From: a virus
Lineage: Duplodnaviria > Caudoviricetes
Strand: one strand, 5' to 3'
Virus record (IMG/VR): IMGVR_UViG_3300020045_003500
Coordinates: 1 to 40,359 of that record
DNA length: 40,359 bases
Shown in pieces: positions 1 through 9,527 of the stretch (the first letter of the stretch is position 1; the number at the start of each line of letters is the position of its first letter). The notes beneath the pieces are model-generated. The model saw only the letters and a list, made by a program, of their open reading frames with translations, was not told the origin of the DNA and made no database searches. A program made the position numbers and the translations under genes.

Positions 1-121
1 CAGAAATAGGGTACCTATGTTTTGGTCCTTAACTATCGTTTTAACTGACCCTGGGTTGACTGATGTCGCTGTATGAGTTCCTGTTCCAGTATCAGTTATA
101 TTAACTCCCGTTCCAGCTTCA
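1..121. repeat. Terminal direct repeat copy 1 (circularity overlap)
   Basis: Identical to 40239-40359 (121 bp); an ORF reads through the junction. Confidence 0.97.
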
Positions 122-471
122 GCGAGAGTTATTGTTGTAGCCAGCTTAAAAGTTGTACCGCTTAATTTTATAACGAAGTAATTAGTAGCAAGCGATAACC
201 CAGCTGGCAAGGTGCCACTACTTGTAAGTTGTACGCAAGTTCCAGTATCAGGGACTTGACCTCCAGTAGTGCATATATCGGTAGTATCATCAGCCGTGAA
301 TGTCTGAGCGAACGATGTGTGGAATAAAGTGGCAACGCCTTTTTGAGATTTAACTGCGCCTGGAAACGCTTCGATGTCAGCTTTCTTCATTAAAGCGATA
401 CCACCACCAAGGTAAGGAGAATCTACGATCCCGTTTTGCCAGTCTCTAATTGTTATCGGTTCATTTGTCAT
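1..471 (-). CDS. N-terminal part of tail nozzle / tail tubular protein B-like protein; continues across the junction into 40238..39030 (559 aa total)
   Basis: ATG at 471 overlaps the TGA of the upstream ORF. Translates open as MTNEPITIRDWQNGIVDSPYLGGG...TSSGTLPAGLSLATNYFVIK...GTLFL and joins the 39030 ORF in frame (471+1209=1680 nt). Confidence 0.85.
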   Translation of the reverse strand, partial: MTNEPITIRDWQNGIVDSPYLGGGIALMKKADIEAFPGAVKSQKGVATLFHTSFAQTFTADDTTDICTTGGQVPDTGTCVQLTSSGTLPAGLSLATNYFVIKLSGTTFKLATTITLAEAGTGVNITDTGTGTHTATSVNPGSVKTIVKDQNIGTLFL

Positions 472-752
472 CTTTTCTCTAATATTGTTTCTATCCGCTC
501 TAACCTGTTACCTATCTCTATAATTGCTTTATCCCTATCATCGGCATTCTTATTATAAATCAAATGTGCGGCACTAATCACTTGTATATCTCTCTGCATC
601 AAAGCAATATTTAGTTCTATCTGATTCATCCTTTCGTTAGCTTGAAGGACTGGATTATTTATATAATTCATTAACCAGAAAGTAGTGGCCGCTATAGACA
701 AAGCAAGTGATACTTCATTGAATAATATTTTCTTTATTTTTTCGTTGTCCAT
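468..752 (-). CDS. Small membrane protein, one TM plus coiled coil (possible holin-like/lysis accessory)
   Basis: Hydrophobic stretch VSLALSIAATTFWLM followed by a heptad-like region; MDNEK start preferred over 767. Confidence 0.55.
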   Translation of the reverse strand: MDNEKIKKILFNEVSLALSIAATTFWLMNYINNPVLQANERMNQIELNIALMQRDIQVISAAHLIYNKNADDRDKAIIEIGNRLERIETILEKR

Positions 753-756
753 GTCT

Positions 757-1836
757 TTATCTTGCACTTGGTACTATTCCCGACCCGATTATATCTTTGA
801 CTCTTGTGCCGCCAGCTGTATCTACTGTAAATGTAGGAGTTGCGATTGACGATGTAGCGCTCGTAACGGCAGTAGCTGGCACGGTCACAGTAATAGTTTC
901 TTGAGCCGTTATGTTGTAAGTGGCAAACGCATCCCACGTAATCGTGACTACCGTATCAGAGGTTCGCACTACACCTCCCAGACTTTGTAGTGCCTTAGGC
1001 ACAAGATTCCAACCGAGAGCTTCAGATTGAGCAGAAGTTATTCCTGCTATGATTTCATCTCTTTGTAAGTCAAAAGAACCTGCACCAGCGGCTATCCAAG
1101 TATCGTTTACTAGAGTAATTATTAAAGTTTTACCACCAGCTACGATATCCGCCTCTGTTACACTGGCAGTGATTGTGCCTGAAATGGTGGCTGGAGATGG
1201 CCTAAAAGCCCATTGACCAGCAGCGGTAGCTTGACTAGCAGCCACGTTAGTAGCTGTAGCATCTCCAGTAGCTCCGATTGCGGCAAATCTTTGTGCAATT
1301 ACGCTTATATTAGAACCACCAGACGAGATGTTATTAGCCAATGTAGACCAGCTACCACCTGGCATGCTCACGGCAGTATCACTATTTACTTGGTACCCAC
1401 CTAAAACATAGGCGCCAGAAGTAACCGTAGTAATTGTTCCAGCAACAGGAGAAGTTGCCCCGTCTTGGTAGGTAGCATTCCCAGACATTGCTTCATCTTC
1501 TGGAGTAGTAGCGTGAACGCCCCTTAATGTACCAGCCCACCAAGACTTATCATCGTTAACGCCAGCGGTGAAGGTATAACTACTAGCTTCTGAAGCGACA
1601 TCTGTGATCTTCTTATAAAATATAGATATCTGAGTATCATTACCACTCGTTCCAGCGACTTGGTCGGCTGTTACCCAAGGACTGCCTGGGCTTCCAACTA
1701 GGGGAGAGTCATCTTCAACTCCCACAATCACTACAATATAGTCTCCATTAGCAGGAGTTCCGCCAGCGGGCCTAGTAACTGTGAAATCACCAGTTGTGTC
1801 TGATCCTGTATTTGAATCTATTAGTGATATTGCCAT
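757..1836 (-). CDS. Virion structural protein (beta-rich fibre/decoration-like)
   Basis: 359 aa, Thr/Ala/Gly/Ser-rich, inside the structural operon. Confidence 0.6.
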   Translation of the reverse strand: MAISLIDSNTGSDTTGDFTVTRPAGGTPANGDYIVVIVGVEDDSPLVGSPGSPWVTADQVAGTSGNDTQISIFYKKITDVASEASSYTFTAGVNDDKSWWAGTLRGVHATTPEDEAMSGNATYQDGATSPVAGTITTVTSGAYVLGGYQVNSDTAVSMPGGSWSTLANNISSGGSNISVIAQRFAAIGATGDATATNVAASQATAAGQWAFRPSPATISGTITASVTEADIVAGGKTLIITLVNDTWIAAGAGSFDLQRDEIIAGITSAQSEALGWNLVPKALQSLGGVVRTSDTVVTITWDAFATYNITAQETITVTVPATAVTSATSSIATPTFTVDTAGGTRVKDIIGSGIVPSAR

Positions 1837-1837
1837 A

Positions 1838-3520
1838 TTATCCTATCGATATTGTGAAATATGTCACGACTATACTAACACTCCCTGTAACTGGATCTTC
1901 ACACGTTACTCTTAACTCTTGGTCTGATGCACCAATACCTATTATCCCTGCCCCAGTTCCTTCAACGATACCTGATCCTGCAGCAATGCCTGGATGGAAC
2001 AACACAACTCCTGCTGCATCAGCCGCTGGCGTGTTAGCTGTACCAAATCCTATTCTTACAGATACATCTACTGTATTAGCGTTGTCTGCAGTCACGGATA
2101 CTTTTGTCACTACCAAAGCAGTTCCAGCAGCTACGGCGCCCAGTAAGTCAGTATCAGTCTGAGCGCCATCGGCATCAGTTACTTGTAAGTTTTTAGTGAT
2201 AGTATTGGGATGGCCTGAAATGACAAACTGCAGACCATTTCTCATAGCAAGTAAATCTGTTCTGTCGGCCGCTGCCACAGCAGCTGGAGTTGCGCCTAAA
2301 TCAACAGCTCTTGCTCCAATTTTAACTGGGTTACCAGAATCAACTCCGTCATGAGCAACATTGCCCCCCACGTATAAGACTCCTTGAGCCGACATTCTTA
2401 AGTTACCGAACTGATTTTCTGTAACCGTCTGTGGAGAAGTGTCGTCAAATTGAGCTATCAAACCTACCGCTTGGATACCACCACCAGTAGAGTTAGTAGC
2501 GTTCACTACTTCACGAGTTCGGTCCCAACCAGAACCATCGAATACATAGTTCATGCCAGCTACAATCATCTGATTATTAGTGTTAACGACATCGTCAGCT
2601 CCATCTGTAAGCATCACAATAGGGTTTGTGCCGTCACCAATTATTAATCCTCCAGCTGCAGCATCAACTGTATGTGAGCCTCCTCCGTCAAATATTTCTA
2701 CTTTTAAATAACCATTAGCATCTACTTGTAATGCTGTAAATTCATTTGTTGTATTAGCGAGTGTAGTATCAGCATCACGTCTCACAGCAAGCATAAGTTG
2801 GCCTTTGCTTGTAGCTTCCGCATAAGTATCGGTCCCTGCTACAAAGATTGTATCGTCTAGTAACTGAACGGAAGTGACTATATTCCCAGTATCGGCATCT
2901 ATAGTCTGAAGTAAGGCAAGGGCAGCTGCTGAATTAACATCTATTACCCATAAAGCTCCATTAGCATTTGTATGTAATGGTTCATAATCATTCTCTGCGC
3001 CTGACCTAGCATTTAACGTATCGTCTCTTATAGCAAGCATCTGTATGCCTGGGTCTTGGTCTGAATGTGCCGCATCTTCTAATAAGACAAGATTGTCTAT
3101 AAGTTGTAGGGCTGTTAAAGCAGCGCCATTCTCTTGAACCACAAACGTTCCAGCGTTAGTTACCGCATGAGATGGGACAGAGGCCAGAGATACGGGTTGT
3201 GTAGCTTGCCAAAATGTACCAGTTACGGCAACTGTCGGCATTGTGAGAACATCTATTTGAAGGTTGCCGTCTGAATCTGTTTTTAATATTTGGTAGTTCG
3301 TGCCATCCGTACCTAATGCCAAATTACCTACATCAGCAGCATCAACGGCTTCGCCGTCTGTTACTGCGGTTGCAAGGCCAGATATAGTCACAGAAGCATC
3401 TACCAGTAAGCGATGAGTCGTTGGATCAGCCCAAACTACTACACTGGCGTTGTCGTTAACGTTACTTTTAGCAATTAAGGCTGTTACCGAATTTGTTGTC
3501 CTATCAGTTGCTTCCGCCAT
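1838..3520 (-). CDS. Fibre/spike-like structural protein with internal repeats
   Basis: 560 aa; repeated LA(I/V)R.D...L...NANG.L.V modules; N-terminal ADPTTHRLLV motif shared with neighbours. Confidence 0.65.
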   Translation of the reverse strand: MAEATDRTTNSVTALIAKSNVNDNASVVVWADPTTHRLLVDASVTISGLATAVTDGEAVDAADVGNLALGTDGTNYQILKTDSDGNLQIDVLTMPTVAVTGTFWQATQPVSLASVPSHAVTNAGTFVVQENGAALTALQLIDNLVLLEDAAHSDQDPGIQMLAIRDDTLNARSGAENDYEPLHTNANGALWVIDVNSAAALALLQTIDADTGNIVTSVQLLDDTIFVAGTDTYAEATSKGQLMLAVRRDADTTLANTTNEFTALQVDANGYLKVEIFDGGGSHTVDAAAGGLIIGDGTNPIVMLTDGADDVVNTNNQMIVAGMNYVFDGSGWDRTREVVNATNSTGGGIQAVGLIAQFDDTSPQTVTENQFGNLRMSAQGVLYVGGNVAHDGVDSGNPVKIGARAVDLGATPAAVAAADRTDLLAMRNGLQFVISGHPNTITKNLQVTDADGAQTDTDLLGAVAAGTALVVTKVSVTADNANTVDVSVRIGFGTANTPAADAAGVVLFHPGIAAGSGIVEGTGAGIIGIGASDQELRVTCEDPVTGSVSIVVTYFTISIG

Positions 3521-4232
3521 TTTTGTTTAATATTTCTTGTTTAGCTCTTCCTAATGTTGCATATTGGTCTTTAAGCTGTTTCTCTCGGTCATCTTGTTCT
3601 CTCTTGAATCTATCTAATTCTACGGCACGATCTTCGTTTATCTTTCTACCATCTACAATCTCTTTCTCTCTAAGAACAATATTTTCGTTAGCCTTTTGAA
3701 CCGCTTCGTGATGTTCCAACCACTTTTCAGATAACGAGTTAGCCGATCTCTTGATTTCAGCTTCAGCCGCTTCTATCCCTGCTTCACGTTTATTAAGTGA
3801 CAACTCTCGGTCATCAGCAGATTCTTCTTTTTTGGTAAGTGCAACATCTCTTTTTTGAATATCTTTCTCTTTCGTCTTAACTCTGTCCTCACGACTGGAT
3901 AATCCAGCGATCGTGTCTTTTACTTCTTGTAGTTTCCTGTCAGTTTCCTTTTTAATCTCATTTACTGGTTTAAGCGCCTCTACTTTTCGGGACTCTAATC
4001 CCTTCACTTCGCCCAAGAGGATAGATTTCTTAGTTTCTAGCTCGGCTTCGTTTTTAACTAACCGTAGATCCTCGTCTACCCTCGCTCTTTCACTTTTCTC
4101 GTACTCCCTTAAGTCATTAACGCTCTTTATTAACTTCCTTTCTTCTTTCCTTAGTGCGGTAACACTAACTTCTAAGGATTTAGTACCCCTTGATTGTTCT
4201 TTCTTGGTTGTTTCTGGGGTTAGTAACTTCAT
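3504..4232 (-). CDS. Coiled-coil protein
   Basis: 242 aa, E/K/R-rich heptads throughout. Confidence 0.7.
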   Translation of the reverse strand: MKLLTPETTKKEQSRGTKSLEVSVTALRKEERKLIKSVNDLREYEKSERARVDEDLRLVKNEAELETKKSILLGEVKGLESRKVEALKPVNEIKKETDRKLQEVKDTIAGLSSREDRVKTKEKDIQKRDVALTKKEESADDRELSLNKREAGIEAAEAEIKRSANSLSEKWLEHHEAVQKANENIVLREKEIVDGRKINEDRAVELDRFKREQDDREKQLKDQYATLGRAKQEILNKNGGSN

Positions 4233-4238
4233 TAAAAA

Positions 4239-5048
4239 TTAATCAAACCTCGGAATTATGCCTGCATTAGTAGCAAAAGTAAGTGCAGTTGGGTCTAAGG
4301 TAGCAGGTAGAACGCCAGCAGATACTACTGTTGTTCCTGCATAATCAGGCTCGCCAGTTATAGTTAGTAAGGCTTGATGGGCATCGGTTGTCGCCTGACT
4401 GGCAAGTAAATTCAAGTTTACCGTACCTCCATTAGCTACAACTGAAAACCAGTAATTGCCTGCCGTTACAGCAACTGGAGTAATACTTGTACTGTAAGCT
4501 GTGTTGGCGGCAGCTATACTTGGAGTAGTGCCACTTAAGATTTGAGTTTGCCCGTCTTCAGAATAAAGTACAAAATCAAATGTACTTGCAGTGGTGAAAG
4601 AACTTGAACAAGCTATCGTTACTTTACTAACAGTAATTCCGAATGGAAGGTAATACAGTCCGTGATAAGCAGTTGTATTTGCTGTAATTGCAGGGCTATC
4701 ACCAACAAGAAGTCTCATATGAGCAGGGATAGGCACCATCGTAGACACGCTCGAACTACCAGCCGTATCCCATATTGGGTTGGCACCTGCTCCTTGAGTT
4801 TTTAAGAATTTCCCAGAAGTGCCTGCGGCTAAGTTAACCCAGTTAGTGCCGTTATGGTAAATGATGTCTCCTTGTGCGCCAGAGGTAATAACTACATCGG
4901 ATAACCCGTCAAGCGTTCCACCTACAGCACTTACAAGTAACCTATGTGTTGTTGGATCGGCATAAACTACAACTGGTGTAGCGCCATCGACATCTGAGAC
5001 AGCTAGTAATGTCGGGACTCTATTATCGTCTCTTTTAGCGTTAGCCAT
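4239..5048 (-). CDS. Fibre-like structural protein
   Basis: MANAKRDDN..ADPTTHRLLV N-terminus, LDGLSDV..GDIIYHNGTNWVNL fibre-like segment, beta-sandwich-like C-terminus. Confidence 0.65.
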   Translation of the reverse strand: MANAKRDDNRVPTLLAVSDVDGATPVVVYADPTTHRLLVSAVGGTLDGLSDVVITSGAQGDIIYHNGTNWVNLAAGTSGKFLKTQGAGANPIWDTAGSSSVSTMVPIPAHMRLLVGDSPAITANTTAYHGLYYLPFGITVSKVTIACSSSFTTASTFDFVLYSEDGQTQILSGTTPSIAAANTAYSTSITPVAVTAGNYWFSVVANGGTVNLNLLASQATTDAHQALLTITGEPDYAGTTVVSAGVLPATLDPTALTFATNAGIIPRFD

Positions 5049-5051
5049 ATT

Positions 5052-5327
5052 TTAAGTTGATTTTACTAATAGTTCTCCAGTAGCTGGATCTGCGTAAATA
5101 GGAACAGGTGTTAATCCATCGGCACTCGATACGGCAATGAGTAAAGGCACACCATTATCATCCCGTTTTGCCTGGTCTCCAGACAAGTCACTCCCCGTTG
5201 ATCCGTCAGCAGTCGCAAGCCTATGAGTAGTAGGACTAGCTTTTACTAGAACAGGAGTCGAACCATCAGAATTACTTGCGGCAATTAGTGTCGGTACTCC
5301 GTTATCATCCCGTTTTGCGTTAGCCAT
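5052..5327 (-). CDS. Small protein made of two copies of the AKRDDN.VP motif
   Basis: 91 aa with an internal duplication (AKRDDNGVPTLIAAS / AKRDDNGVPLLIAVS). Confidence 0.75.
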   Translation of the reverse strand: MANAKRDDNGVPTLIAASNSDGSTPVLVKASPTTHRLATADGSTGSDLSGDQAKRDDNGVPLLIAVSSADGLTPVPIYADPATGELLVKST

Positions 5328-5339
5328 TAAACTGTGAAC

Positions 5340-5843
5340 TTATTTTTCTTGTTTAGGGGCATTATCGACTGGTTTGCCCTCAAATTCTTCTTCATCTTCG
5401 TCAAAGTCTGCAGGAACTACAATCTGTGGTTCGTCAGGGTTTTGTTTCTTACTCTCAGCCTTAGCCTTTGGTTTACGAGTGGAAGTTCTTGTCTTGTTTT
5501 TATTAACTGATGCAATAACGGCTTCTTCAGCATCGTTACTGGTTTCTCCTTGGCCTAGCTCGTCAGAGCCATCTATCACGTAAGCTTTGTTAAACAATTC
5601 CATAAATAACGGAACTTGTTTCGGAAACTTAGGAGAAGTCATCTTCTCTCCATCTGGATAAACAGGTCTGCCGTCAGGCAACCTTCTTAGTAACTCTCGG
5701 TTAACTAAATGTTTAGCGTAGTGTCGAGCAAGATAATCTGGCATATACAAGGATTCACCTGGGGCAAATGTCCTAGGTTTACCGTCATAGTAGCCAGTAT
5801 ATTCTTCATTCGAGAAATTTGTGAATAATGCGGTTTGTGTCAT
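5340..5843 (-). CDS. Hypothetical phage protein (structural operon)
   Basis: Open frame; ATG after an A-rich leader preferred over GTG at 5870. Confidence 0.6.
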   Translation of the reverse strand: MTQTALFTNFSNEEYTGYYDGKPRTFAPGESLYMPDYLARHYAKHLVNRELLRRLPDGRPVYPDGEKMTSPKFPKQVPLFMELFNKAYVIDGSDELGQGETSNDAEEAVIASVNKNKTRTSTRKPKAKAESKKQNPDEPQIVVPADFDEDEEEFEGKPVDNAPKQEK

Positions 5844-5930
5844 TTTATTTTTATGTAAGGGGGCAGTCACTTACTTTTAATGCCCAAGTGGCGCCAACGA
5901 TTCCACGTTATTTTTGCGTTGGCCTTTCTT

Positions 5931-5988
5931 GGTCCTTGCCTCGATCCTGCCCTCCTCCTCACGAGATGGGCAGAACGAAGCAACGACC
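5931..5988 (-). other. Long intergenic RNA hairpin, copy 1 of a two-copy motif
   Basis: GGTC-TTGCTTCG-TTCTGCCC...GGGCAGGA-CGAGGCAA-GACC; similar to 32401-32455. Confidence 0.65.
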
Positions 5989-5994
5989 GACCTA

Positions 5995-6726
5995 TTAGTC
6001 GATTGTTAAGAAGCAGAGAGCAAAGTCTGTAGAAGCTGCGCCATGCAGAGCATAGCCAACCGTTGCGGCAAGTGATGCATCGGCTCTGGAGACAACTGTA
6101 CCTGTTACAGAAGTTTCTGCAGAGACAAGGTCGTTACCTACAACAACTGTTCCTTGTGCAAGAATACCTGCAATTCCATGAGTTTGGACCCATCCAAACT
6201 CTAAAGTCGGAATTGCGTACTGTGCAACGCCTACTGGACCTGAAGACTTAGTCGTTGGAGAAGCAATTATACTCATATAAGGATTGACTTTCACGTCTAC
6301 CTTACATGTGCCTGTGGTTGCAACTCTAACTGGCTCTTCAAGATTGAAAGTAACTACTGCGCCAGAGGCGGCAGTGTTGCCTTTAAGCTTGTAGAGTTGA
6401 CCTACGCCAAGGGTTCCCTCTGATACCAGAAGAAAGCCGCCAGCAAGTAAGTCGGCCGCAAGAGTTACTGTGTCAGTTGACACGATTGTTAAATCACCGA
6501 TAGAAGCGTTAGTGATGGTAATTTCCTGTTCATTAGAAGTATCTTCGGCTTTCGCTTGCTGCGTTTTACCAACAACGAGAGCAGAACCACCAGCTTTGCA
6601 GTAGCGGTATCCACGACCATCGTTAGATAGGATGTATTCACCAATATTGTGGGCTGCAGTAGTTTTCGATTCGTAGATGCCTTGTGCGGCTACGGTTACT
6701 GGACCTGTTAATTGAGTTATCGTCAT
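5995..6726 (-). CDS. Capsid cement/decoration protein
   Basis: DGRGYRYCKAG and VGVAQYAI..EFGWVQTHG motifs typical of phage decoration proteins; lies after the MCP. Confidence 0.65.
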   Translation of the reverse strand: MTITQLTGPVTVAAQGIYESKTTAAHNIGEYILSNDGRGYRYCKAGGSALVVGKTQQAKAEDTSNEQEITITNASIGDLTIVSTDTVTLAADLLAGGFLLVSEGTLGVGQLYKLKGNTAASGAVVTFNLEEPVRVATTGTCKVDVKVNPYMSIIASPTTKSSGPVGVAQYAIPTLEFGWVQTHGIAGILAQGTVVVGNDLVSAETSVTGTVVSRADASLAATVGYALHGAASTDFALCFLTID

Positions 6727-6765
6727 TTTTTTGTGTTTTAAGTGTTTGAGTTTATCTTATCGACC

Positions 6766-7542
6766 TTAGCTGAACGGAGTTGATTGCGTTTCAGTTGCAG
6801 TTAGGAATATTCCTTCGACCCACCATCGGGTTGCGCTAATTGCGACCAAGTGACACCAGCTTCCTACCGTCTTACCACCAGTCGTTGTTCCATTAAGCGT
6901 AATTATAAGGTCATCGCTTACATCAGGAACGAATACATCTGTATCTGCAGCGGTATCAACAATCTCGATAGAGCCTGTCAAGAGGTCAGCTGCACCAGCG
7001 GTGATAGTCTGATCGGTAGCAATGATAGTTGCTACAAACCAGAATTCCATCCCAATGTCAGCAGCGCTAATTGCAGGAAGAGTGAAGTCAGTAGCTGCAC
7101 CGTCAAGGAGCATAACCGATCCGCTCATACCGACAGTCATAGTGGTATTTCCGCTTGAAGCCAGCACATTTCTCTTGAATTTAAGTGTAGCAGCACTCGC
7201 ATCAATAGCAGTTGCACCTGCAGCTGCACCAATAGTGACAGCGCCAGTCGATACAGTTCCAATTGCGATTGTTCCAGAGCCTTTGGCATCAACAGATAAG
7301 CTTGCGTTAGAACCTGAGGATATAACGGCAGCCGCCACAGTTCCTGCAGCAGTTGCGCCAGTAACCTTAAGACCAGCGGCCATTGAACCAGTTGAAGCAT
7401 CTACTTGGAGTGCTGGGTTAGTAGATCCATTAGGACCTACGGCGAAGGCAGCAGCAGCGGCACTCGTAATAGCTTGCATGTTAGTGCTGTTTTCAGCGCC
7501 TTGCATTAATGCTGGATCGTAATCTCTTTCTTGTATAGTCAT
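6766..7542 (-). CDS. Minor capsid/decoration or head fibre protein
   Basis: Ala/Thr/Gly-rich, FTLPA..GMEFWF motif, directly after the MCP. Confidence 0.55.
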   Translation of the reverse strand: MTIQERDYDPALMQGAENSTNMQAITSAAAAAFAVGPNGSTNPALQVDASTGSMAAGLKVTGATAAGTVAAAVISSGSNASLSVDAKGSGTIAIGTVSTGAVTIGAAAGATAIDASAATLKFKRNVLASSGNTTMTVGMSGSVMLLDGAATDFTLPAISAADIGMEFWFVATIIATDQTITAGAADLLTGSIEIVDTAADTDVFVPDVSDDLIITLNGTTTGGKTVGSWCHLVAISATRWWVEGIFLTATETQSTPFS

Positions 7543-7572
7543 ATTTTTATTATGGTTATTTTGATTACGACC

Positions 7573-8595
7573 TTAAATTCCTGTTATCCCAGTTAATTTT
7601 CCGTGTCTCTTAGGATTGGTAGTTATGAGCTGTCCACCGAAGTAGATGTGACCCACGACTGATCCAGCGTTAGCAGGGATAATCCAATCAGACCATGAGA
7701 ATCCTAGACCTATCGGAGCTTCATAGTCATTTCCTTCAATTTGACTCTTGTAAGCAATCGGTTTGGCATTGTAGAAAGGCAAGGCGTAGAAGTCTACAAA
7801 GTTCTCGTTCAAAGCAATCAAAGCACCTGAAGTACACTTCTCATCCATTAAGATTGGCTTAGCATTGTATTCCAATGCGGTGAAACCAGTACCTCCAGTC
7901 ATACCCTTCATACTCGAGGCTTCTTTCATGATTCTTTCTTGTGGCCTTAAGAGTTGTCCGTATAAGTTGAAGACTGTTTCAGTTGTGTAGAAAGCAGTCG
8001 GCTTCTGTGCGCCAGAAGTTACCGCAGCCCACAATGTGTCTACTTTAGCGAGTGTCAAAGTTCCGCTTGAAGCGGTAACGGTTGAATCTAGGTATGGATC
8101 GTAGGTAGCACGAGTTAATCCGCCATAAGCGGCCAACGTTGTACCATCATCGACAATACCTGAGAGACCCATCGGGTCCTTGCTGCTGTTTCCAGTTCCG
8201 TCTGAGTAGAAAATAGTACCGAGGTCATCGGCCATATCTTCAGTATCGGACTGAATAGTCAATTTCATCAGATCCAACACTTTATCTTCGGTGTCGGCTA
8301 CTGATAATTCATCCCCTGGTAATGCAACTGTGATTTGATAGAAGCTCGGAGTAAATTCGAAGAACTGTCTATTATCGGTTGCGGCTGTAGAGAATGTATC
8401 GAACCCACGGAATGACTGACCAGTGGTGTTCTTTGATACTTTAATCGGCACTCTGAGAGTGCGACCACTCCATTGTTTACTTGCACGTACTACACGTTGA
8501 AAGAAAACATTGGAATTAAGGACGACATCGACTACGTATGGCAGATATTTCTGCTTGACAGTAGTCTGAATCCTTTGTCCGTATAATTCTGTCAT
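7573..8595 (-). CDS. Major capsid protein (HK97 fold)
   Basis: 340 aa after portal and scaffold; IFYSDGTGNSSKDPMGLSGIV and GQLITTNPKRHGKLTGIT are characteristic. Confidence 0.88.
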   Translation of the reverse strand: MTELYGQRIQTTVKQKYLPYVVDVVLNSNVFFQRVVRASKQWSGRTLRVPIKVSKNTTGQSFRGFDTFSTAATDNRQFFEFTPSFYQITVALPGDELSVADTEDKVLDLMKLTIQSDTEDMADDLGTIFYSDGTGNSSKDPMGLSGIVDDGTTLAAYGGLTRATYDPYLDSTVTASSGTLTLAKVDTLWAAVTSGAQKPTAFYTTETVFNLYGQLLRPQERIMKEASSMKGMTGGTGFTALEYNAKPILMDEKCTSGALIALNENFVDFYALPFYNAKPIAYKSQIEGNDYEAPIGLGFSWSDWIIPANAGSVVGHIYFGGQLITTNPKRHGKLTGITGI

Positions 8596-8631
8596 TTTAT
8601 TTTATCTTTATTGTTTATTTAATCTATCCGA

Positions 8632-9447
8632 TTACCACGGCCTCATTCCTGGACCCTTAAAGTCATCTGAGGTCTTGACATCGGTCGGCTTGGTTTCAGC
8701 ACGATTATCGGATGTTGTTGCGCCTGCAATCTTCTTTTTCTCATCTAATGCGTTCTTGGCTTGAAATACTTCGGCAGGCTTCATCATTTTGAATGCCGCC
8801 TTGTAGTTCCAACGCCCTTTAGTATCGACGAGTTCGTTATCGAGAACGAATTTGAGCAGTTTATTTCTGTCGACCCTATCCCCTTGAGGATTTATTGTTT
8901 TGTCTTGCTCTATCTCGGTTACTTGCTGATTCATATAATCAGTAGCTTCCTTGATTAGTTTTTGCTCGTTATCACTTTTCTCTTTTTGGGAGTTAATGAT
9001 TTCGTCTCGTAACTTTTTAAAGTTCTGGTCTTGGAATGCCTTGAAAGCGTTCCAAGCATCTTGATCACCACCAAACCATTCTGGGACTTCTTCGGGAAGA
9101 TTGCCGTTATTAGATTCCTTTTTAGGAGTAATAGAAGCAAATCTCTGTTCGAATTCTTCCCTTAACTTATTCATCTCATCAACGTGGCGAGTTTCTAGGC
9201 TATTAAACCTGCCCTTCCAGTCATTTTCTCTCTCGAGCCACCTTGGATGCTTTGAAAAGTCATCCGCACCTGTACCGTCACCTTTATCTCCTACGCCAGA
9301 CTTTTGTTCCCCGTCTTGCGATTGGGTCTGATCGGTATTTGTTTCTTTGCCCTCTGACGAGGAGGCGGAGTTATCATTCTCCGTGTTCTCGACTGGAAAG
9401 GCTGGTGACCCTTCCGTTCTGAACGACGTCATATTTTCTTCGGTCAT
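8632..9447 (-). CDS. Capsid scaffolding protein (putative)
   Basis: Acidic disordered N-terminus then helical region; lies between portal and MCP. Confidence 0.7.
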   Translation of the reverse strand: MTEENMTSFRTEGSPAFPVENTENDNSASSSEGKETNTDQTQSQDGEQKSGVGDKGDGTGADDFSKHPRWLERENDWKGRFNSLETRHVDEMNKLREEFEQRFASITPKKESNNGNLPEEVPEWFGGDQDAWNAFKAFQDQNFKKLRDEIINSQKEKSDNEQKLIKEATDYMNQQVTEIEQDKTINPQGDRVDRNKLLKFVLDNELVDTKGRWNYKAAFKMMKPAEVFQAKNALDEKKKIAGATTSDNRAETKPTDVKTSDDFKGPGMRPW

Positions 9448-9491
9448 GTTGTTAAAGTAGTGGTTGAGCGAATTCCACATTTGCGCTCACA

Positions 9492-9506
9492 TTGTTTATA
9501 TTATTA
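9492..9506 (-). promoter_or_regulatory. Putative late promoter motif (TAATAATATAAACAA)
   Basis: Related to motifs at 15050 and 38090. Confidence 0.45.
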
Positions 9507-9527
9507 ACGTAATTCTAACTACTTAAG

